A stretch of DNA of 32,512 bases from the sequence record SRR20825019_912, one strand, 5' to 3'. This document shows, one piece after another, positions 26,867-32,512 of the stretch (its first letter is position 1; the number at the start of each line of letters is the position of its first letter). Made by a program: the position numbers and the translations under genes. The notes below the pieces were generated by a model, which made no database searches, had not been told where the DNA came from, and worked only from the letters and a program-made list of their open reading frames with translations.

Positions 26867-27586
26867 TTAACCGGTGATCACGCTGGCATCCACAGTGATC
26901 CAAAGCCCTTCCGCTTTGGCTACCAGCGCACCAGATGCATCATAAACCGCTGTACCGCAACGCCTTTTCCGGCCAGAGCCACCAAGATTCCAACCAATAA
27001 CTGTGGCTTCACCCTCAGCCCGAAGCGGGGCGACAATCTCTGCCGTCAAGCGGCCAAGAAGCGCGGGTTCGCCAGCAGCACAGGCGAAATATCCCGGGCA
27101 ATCAAGCGCCGCCCAGATGAAAGCTTCATCCACAAATCCGTTTTTATTTTCAAAGGCTTGATCGAGTTTCCACACGGCGGCGACCATGCCCTCAACTCCT
27201 TCCACCAGCTTTGAGTGCAGGCACAGGGCGTCCGGGTGTTCCCGGTCTTGCCCGCAGACAAAACAGGTGCCAAAGGGCTCAAATTTTTTCGGCCTACCCG
27301 GCGCATCCACCGGGTTCCCACCAAGTTTCAAGGGTTTGGGGAGCGCTGGTACATCAAGGCTGAGTGTCGCGGGTTTGGCAACGCCCAGCACCTGCTCAGC
27401 CCCCTTGAGGACTGCGCCGTCCGGCGTTTTCTCAAGCGTCAGTGGGGTATCAAGAGGAGGTGGTGCCTTCAGGCTGGCCTCAACCGGGCCTTCTAGCACG
27501 CTGGCCATCAGGCCGCAGACATAGCCGCCGTTTCCACTTGTTGGCGGCCCTTTGAAGCGCGACGCAACCATCACGTTTTGCTGCAT
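26867..27586 (-). CDS. Probable double hot-dog fold thioesterase-like protein
   Basis: RFKGPPTSGNGGY, PPPLD, CFVCG, WAALDCPG, LLGRL and AEGLWI motifs; ATG at 27586 follows GGGGAGG. Confidence 0.75.
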   Translation of the reverse strand: MQQNVMVASRFKGPPTSGNGGYVCGLMASVLEGPVEASLKAPPPLDTPLTLEKTPDGAVLKGAEQVLGVAKPATLSLDVPALPKPLKLGGNPVDAPGRPKKFEPFGTCFVCGQDREHPDALCLHSKLVEGVEGMVAAVWKLDQAFENKNGFVDEAFIWAALDCPGYFACAAGEPALLGRLTAEIVAPLRAEGEATVIGWNLGGSGRKRRCGTAVYDASGALVAKAEGLWITVDASVITG

Positions 27587-27688
27587 ATATCCTCCCCGCT
27601 CGGCTTTCTGGCACTTTATTGTCACCAAATGCCGTGTTTACCCGTGTTTTGGCTTTTCTTTCGCCTGTGATTGGGAGTATGAAGCGCC

Positions 27689-29050
27689 ATGAGCACAAGC
27701 GAAACCCAAAAAGCGACAAATAATCCAAAAGGCGATACCACGGGCGATACTGGCGACCGGATCGGTAGCGCCCGCGAGGCGGCCGTACGCACGCTGATGG
27801 CTGTCACCCTCAAGAGCAGGCCTTTAGATGTGGCGCTTGACGATATCACTTCAAGCCTTGATAGCCGCGACCGCGCGTTTGTCATGCAGCTTGTAATGCT
27901 GTCGCTCCGGCGCCTTGGCAGCCTGCGCGCACTGATGGGCAGGCTTGTTGACCGCGGCCTGCCGCGCAACGCCACCTGGACCGACGCGGCGCTGATCACC
28001 GGTCTCGCGCAGATCCTCCTTATGCGCACAGCAGACCACGCGGCGGTGAATGAAACCGTAACACTGGTCAAAAACCTCTCCGGCAAGGAAAAGGGCTTCG
28101 CGGGCCTTGTGAACGCGGTGTTGCGCCGCGCGGTGCGGGAGCGGGACGCCCTTACCGGCGTCCTCAACGCAAAACCGCAGGCCGACCTGCCGTTATGGCT
28201 GCAAACCAGTTGGCGCAGGGCCTATGGGCAGGACGGCATGGTCGCCATCGCCCGCAGCCTGCAGGATACACCGCCGCTTGATATCAGCCTCAAGCCCGGT
28301 GAAGATAAAGTCGTCTGGGCAGAAAAACTTGAAGCCACGCTAATGCCAAACGGCACGCTGCGCCGCGCACTTACCGATGTCACCAAACTGCCGGGTTATG
28401 ACGATGGTGTCTGGTGGGTGCAGGATATGGCGGCCAGCCTACCCGTTGCCCTGCTTGGCGACGTGAGCGGCAAACATGTGATGGACATGTGCGCAGCACC
28501 GGGCGGCAAGACCATGCAGCTCGCGGCCCTTGGCGCCCGCGTGACCGCCGTGGACCGCAACAAAAACCGCCTCACCCGCCTGCATGCCAACATGAAACGC
28601 ACGGGGCTGGCTGCTGATGTCTACACCGCTGATGCTACCGCTTTTGGGCCGCGCGGGTCTGTGGATCATATCCTTCTTGATGCGCCATGCTCCGCTACCG
28701 GTACGCTGCGCCGCAACCCGGATGTGACCTGGACCAAGTCTGAAGCGGATGTTGAGAAGCTCACTAGTCTGCAAAAACGCATGCTGGATCATGCCTTCAA
28801 GCTGCTGCCTGTCGGTGGTACGCTCGTTTACTGCGTATGCTCGCTTGAACGCGTGGAGGGTGAAGAACAGATCAGCGCCTTCCTCGCCCGCCATGAAAAC
28901 GCCGCAAGACGCGTCATAACTGCGGCGGACATTGGTGGCATGGCAGAGCTGATCACGGCTGATGGCGACATGCGCTGCCTGCCGTCGGCGCTGGCTGACC
29001 AAGGCGGAATGGACGGTTTTTTTGCCGCACGAATTGAAAAGCACAACTAG
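27689..29050 (+). CDS. rsmB: RsmB/NOP2-family 16S rRNA m5C methyltransferase with NusB-like N-domain
   Basis: HAAVNETV, VNAVLRR, WWVQD, DMCAAPGGKT, LLDAPCSATGT, YCVCSL, DGFFAAR. Confidence 0.93.
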   Translation: MSTSETQKATNNPKGDTTGDTGDRIGSAREAAVRTLMAVTLKSRPLDVALDDITSSLDSRDRAFVMQLVMLSLRRLGSLRALMGRLVDRGLPRNATWTDAALITGLAQILLMRTADHAAVNETVTLVKNLSGKEKGFAGLVNAVLRRAVRERDALTGVLNAKPQADLPLWLQTSWRRAYGQDGMVAIARSLQDTPPLDISLKPGEDKVVWAEKLEATLMPNGTLRRALTDVTKLPGYDDGVWWVQDMAASLPVALLGDVSGKHVMDMCAAPGGKTMQLAALGARVTAVDRNKNRLTRLHANMKRTGLAADVYTADATAFGPRGSVDHILLDAPCSATGTLRRNPDVTWTKSEADVEKLTSLQKRMLDHAFKLLPVGGTLVYCVCSLERVEGEEQISAFLARHENAARRVITAADIGGMAELITADGDMRCLPSALADQGGMDGFFAARIEKHN

Positions 29051-29119
29051 GCCTGAAAACCTTACTGAAGGAGCGCTCGCACGCTTGCGAGAGCAGGGCC
29101 AAACTGATATGGAGGCCCC

Positions 29120-29779
29120 ATGCAAAAGCCACTCAGAATAGCCCCTTCCATCCTCTCGGCGGATTTTGCCCGACTGGGTGAAGAAGTAAGAGCCGTTGAC
29201 GCCGCTGGCGCCGACTATATCCACATCGATGTGATGGACGGCCACTTTGTCCCCAACATCACGATCGGCCCCGATGTTGTGAAAGCCCTGAGGCCCCATT
29301 CCAGCAAGGTTTTTGACGTTCATCTGATGATTGAACCGGTGGACCCCTACATTGAGGCTTTCGCAAACGCCGGCGCGGATATCATCACCGCCCATGTGGA
29401 AGCAGGCCCCCACACGCACCGCACCCTGCAGGCCATTCGGGCCCTGGGCGTGAAAGCGGGCGTATCGCTCAACCCATCTACACCTGAAAGCACAATCGAC
29501 TATCTTTATGAAGAGCTGGACCTTATTCTGGTCATGTCGGTTAACCCGGGCTTCGGTGGCCAGAGCTTTATTGAGAGCCAGTTGAGGAAGATTGAAGCGA
29601 TCCGCAAGCGCATCGACGCCCTTGGCCTTGATATCGACCTTGAGGTAGATGGCGGCGTGAACGCGAACACCATCAAACAGGTGGTAAGTGCAGGCGCAGA
29701 TGTCATCGTGGCCGGTAGCGCCACCTTCAAAGGCGGGGCGGATGCTTACGCGTCCAACATCGCGGCGCTCAGGGTATAA
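29120..29779 (+). CDS. rpe: Ribulose-phosphate 3-epimerase
   Basis: [48 protein letters not shown]. Confidence 0.98.
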   Translation: MQKPLRIAPSILSADFARLGEEVRAVDAAGADYIHIDVMDGHFVPNITIGPDVVKALRPHSSKVFDVHLMIEPVDPYIEAFANAGADIITAHVEAGPHTHRTLQAIRALGVKAGVSLNPSTPESTIDYLYEELDLILVMSVNPGFGGQSFIESQLRKIEAIRKRIDALGLDIDLEVDGGVNANTIKQVVSAGADVIVAGSATFKGGADAYASNIAALRV

Positions 29780-29833
29780 ACCGCGTTAGTATTTTCAGAG
29801 TATTGAACTTTTAAGGATAGGGAGCAGGCGGCG

Positions 29834-31597
29834 ATGAACGCGGCCTTTGATCAAATAGCCGAATATGCGGCCCGGTCCCCCATGTCACGCTCGACCCTTC
29901 GGCGTGATAGCGGCACCCCCCTTGTCCTTGAACTTCTATCGCGCTTTGGTCGCTCCGTGCGCGAGTGGGGATATACCACATCGCTTTATAGCTACCGGTT
30001 GCATGGCCGCCACCCGGGCCAATTGCTGGGCAGCCCGGACGACCCGGCGCCGGGGAACGCAACGCTCGGCTCAGCCATTTTTGGCGGTGACATGCTGTTT
30101 GAGGGCGAGCAACACGCTCTCAAGGAAGAATTCTGGATCAGACTTGATAGCGCCTCGCCTGCCTTCCGCAGATACGCCCATAGCTTTCACTGGCTGCAAG
30201 ACCTGGCCCAGGTTGGTGACCAGATAAAAGCACGCGACGCGGCAGAAACCATCCTCGGGTGGTGGCTGCCTTTCGGGGAAGACTGGTTCAAAGAAGCATG
30301 GGAGGCGGAAACTCTCGCGCGGCGGCTGATCAACTGGCTGACCCACGCACCGCTAATCCTCTCGGCCGATGATCTCGTCTATCGTTCCAAGGTACTCACC
30401 AGCTTTGCGCGCCAAACACGTCACCTGATGCGGGTGTGGCGCGATACTGAGCACGGCCTGCCGCGGGTTTACAGCACTGCGGCCCTTACGCTGTGTGGCC
30501 TGCTACTACCAGGCGGCGCTGCGTGGCTGAACCGTGGTGCCCTCGAGCTTGAGCGCACGCTCAAGAACTTCATCCTGCCAGACGGCGGTCCTGCGAGCCG
30601 AAACACGGCAGATGCCATCCGCACCATGCAGCTTCTGATCCTCGTACGGGGTGCATTTCAGGAACGCGGTGACGATTTGCCGCCCTGGGTGCAAACCACG
30701 CTTGACCGCATCGGGCCCTTTGTGCGCGCCATGCGCCACGGTGACGGCAGCTTCGCACAGTTTGGCGGGGTCACAGCCGAAGGCGGCCACGGAACCAACG
30801 CCATATTGGCCGCCAGCGAAGCCAAGGGCAAAGCCATAGAGAATGCGGCCCACTCAGGGTTTCAGCGCATTGTTGCAGGAAAGGCCTGCCTGATTTTGGA
30901 CGCCGGGCCACCACCCGGCGGCAATTTCGCCGCACGCGGGCACGCCAGCACCTCCGCCCTTGAGTTCTCAAACGGGCAGGAACGCTTGATTGTGAGCGTG
31001 GGGCCTGCCTCAAAACGCGGGCCGATGCCGCAGCTTGCCAAACTGGCGCGCACAACAGCCGCCCATTCCGCGCTCGTGATCGGGGACCGCAACTCAACAC
31101 GGTTGATGGACGATGGCCGTTTGGGCGCCGGGGTTTCCGAGACGCTCACCATCCGGGAAGTGATGGAAGAAAGCGTACGGCTGCGCACCACCCATGACGG
31201 TTACCTGAAGCGTTTTGGTGTTAAACACGAACGTATTGTAGAGCTTTCAAGCGACGGAACACGCCTTAAAGGCAGCGACAGGTTGTTCGGGCCCAAGCTC
31301 AGGAAGCTGAGCGGCCAGCAGGTGTTGCTGCGTTTCCACCTGCATCCGCAGGTCAAGGCGCTCAAGGCCCCAGACGGGCGGATCACGCTTGAAACCCGTT
31401 CCGGCAAAACCTGGATTTTCGACGCCGATGGCGGCATCGCAGAGATTGAGGACAGCCTGTATCTCAGCAAGCCCGACAGACCGGAAGCCACAAAGCAAAT
31501 TGTCGTGACACTATCAAAAGAAGGGGCCCAAAGGGGCTCAGGCGAGGGGACAAACCAACCCATTTGCAATTGGGTTTTGAGTGAAATGAACATCTGA
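29834..31597 (+). CDS. Heparinase II/III-family protein
   Basis: HSFHWL, ARRLINW, LPDGG...SRN, RHGDG, LDAGPPP, HAS..ALEFS, RTTAAHS, HDGY, H.R, RFHLHP; lies between rpe and purH. Confidence 0.85.
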   Translation: MNAAFDQIAEYAARSPMSRSTLRRDSGTPLVLELLSRFGRSVREWGYTTSLYSYRLHGRHPGQLLGSPDDPAPGNATLGSAIFGGDMLFEGEQHALKEEFWIRLDSASPAFRRYAHSFHWLQDLAQVGDQIKARDAAETILGWWLPFGEDWFKEAWEAETLARRLINWLTHAPLILSADDLVYRSKVLTSFARQTRHLMRVWRDTEHGLPRVYSTAALTLCGLLLPGGAAWLNRGALELERTLKNFILPDGGPASRNTADAIRTMQLLILVRGAFQERGDDLPPWVQTTLDRIGPFVRAMRHGDGSFAQFGGVTAEGGHGTNAILAASEAKGKAIENAAHSGFQRIVAGKACLILDAGPPPGGNFAARGHASTSALEFSNGQERLIVSVGPASKRGPMPQLAKLARTTAAHSALVIGDRNSTRLMDDGRLGAGVSETLTIREVMEESVRLRTTHDGYLKRFGVKHERIVELSSDGTRLKGSDRLFGPKLRKLSGQQVLLRFHLHPQVKALKAPDGRITLETRSGKTWIFDADGGIAEIEDSLYLSKPDRPEATKQIVVTLSKEGAQRGSGEGTNQPICNWVLSEMNI

Positions 31598-31658
31598 TCA
31601 TCCGCTGTTGGGTTGCGGGGGGTCAGGTGTTTTCTATTTTTAGAGGCGACCATAACCA

Positions 31659-32512
31659 ATGGATAAAGTTGTTATCAAACGTGCGCTTTTGTCGGTTTCC
31701 GATAAAACCGGGCTTGTTGAGCTTGCAAAAGCACTGGCGGAAAACGGTGTGGAAATTCTTTCCACCGGCGGATCGGCCAAAACAATCCGCGACGCAGGTA
31801 TTCCCGTTAAAGAAGTGGCAGACCATACCGGCTTCCCCGAGATGATGGACGGCCGGGTAAAAACCCTGCACCCTAAAATTCACGGCGGTTTCCTCGCGCT
31901 TCGCGACAATGCCGACCACGTGAAAGCCATGGAAGAGCACGAGATTGGCGGCATCGACCTTGTGGCCGTGAACCTCTATCCGTTTGAAGCGACCGTCGCC
32001 TCTGGCGCTGATTTTGATACCTGTATCGAGAATATCGACATCGGCGGGCCAGCCATGGTGCGCTCAGCGGCGAAAAACCACGGTTTTGTTACCATCGTCA
32101 CTGATCCCGCTGACTATCCAGCCATCATTGCCGAGATTAAAACACAGGGCGGCACCACCCACGCCACCCGCAAAGCCATGGCCGCAAAAGCTTACGCCCG
32201 CACGGCCGCGTATGATACCGCCATCAGTCAATGGTATGCGGAACAGAACGGTGTGACCTTCCCGGACCGCATGACAGTTTCTGGCACAAAAGTGCAGGAA
32301 TGCCGGTATGGCGAAAACCCGCATCAGGTTGCAGCCTTCTACCGCAACGCCGAAGCACGCCCGGGTATTGCAACAGCAACCCAGCACCAAGGCAAAGAGC
32401 TTTCCTACAATAACCTCAATGACACCGACGCCGCCTTTGAGCTGGTGAGCGAGTTTGACCCGAGCGTGCCAACGGTGGCCATCATCAAACACGCCAACCC
32501 ATGCGGCGTGGC
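31659..32512 (+). CDS. purH: Bifunctional AICAR transformylase/IMP cyclohydrolase (3'-truncated; absent from ORF track)
   Basis: Manual translation from ATG 31659: [18 protein letters not shown]...STGGS...GRVKTLHP...NLYPF...IENIDIGGP...RYGENPHQ...KELSYNN...KHANPCGV; the frame is open to the window end. Confidence 0.98.
   Translation, partial: MDKVVIKRALLSVSDKTGLVELAKALAENGVEILSTGGSAKTIRDAGIPVKEVADHTGFPEMMDGRVKTLHPKIHGGFLALRDNADHVKAMEEHEIGGIDLVAVNLYPFEATVASGADFDTCIENIDIGGPAMVRSAAKNHGFVTIVTDPADYPAIIAEIKTQGGTTHATRKAMAAKAYARTAAYDTAISQWYAEQNGVTFPDRMTVSGTKVQECRYGENPHQVAAFYRNAEARPGIATATQHQGKELSYNNLNDTDAAFELVSEFDPSVPTVAIIKHANPCGV

Noticed and set aside
27608-27624. Sigma54 promoter at CTGGCACTTTATTGTC upstream of rsmB
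   Set aside because: The -12 GC is missing at the required spacing. TGGCAC at 26724 fails in the same way.
28439-29419. 326-aa minus-strand ORF (and similar long antisense ORFs at 644-1459 and 16889-17677)
   Set aside because: Antisense to well-supported genes (rsmB/rpe, ccoO, kinase); such ORFs are expected from codon bias in GC-rich DNA.
29834-31597. Heparinase II/III gene as a sign of a polysaccharide utilisation locus
   Set aside because: No signal peptide and no TonB-dependent receptor or CAZyme neighbours. It sits in the housekeeping rpe-purH context familiar from Alphaproteobacteria.
31598-31658. ZMP/ZTP riboswitch upstream of purH
   Set aside because: Only 61 bp of intergenic sequence and no recognisable aptamer elements.

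Overview
Chromosomal window from an alphaproteobacterium (inferred from gene content and regulatory motifs; genus not determined). 1-10.2 kb is a microaerobic respiration block: ccoN(partial)OQP-ccoGHIS, ompW, hemN, a small hypothetical gene and a Crp/Fnr regulator, with two FNR/FixK-type boxes. 10.4-19.9 kb holds mostly envelope and housekeeping genes: DUF481 barrel, SDR epimerase, a 609-aa unknown, DUF1674, CPBP protease, htpX with an RpoH-like promoter, PfkB/adenosine kinase, EI24 protein, lipoprotein, DUF6460-like and DUF938. 20.1-23.7 kb is an accessory-looking cassette of a secreted esterase plus three tandem paralogous secreted PD40/TolB-like beta-propeller genes. The rest is a PPOX flavoprotein, an olsB-like acyltransferase behind a Pho-box-like array, ampG, a hot-dog protein, and rsmB-rpe-heparinase II/III-purH(partial). 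No rRNA, tRNA, CRISPR or transposase was recognised. The most unusual signals are (i) a phased GCCACAC repeat array bracketed by inverted copies upstream of ampG, (ii) a Crp/Fnr protein with a C-terminal CX2CX5C motif and two CtrA-like boxes upstream, and (iii) the apparently mosaic PD40 triplet. Start codons were refined by eye from RBS and overlap context. Family calls come from motif recognition, not database searches.
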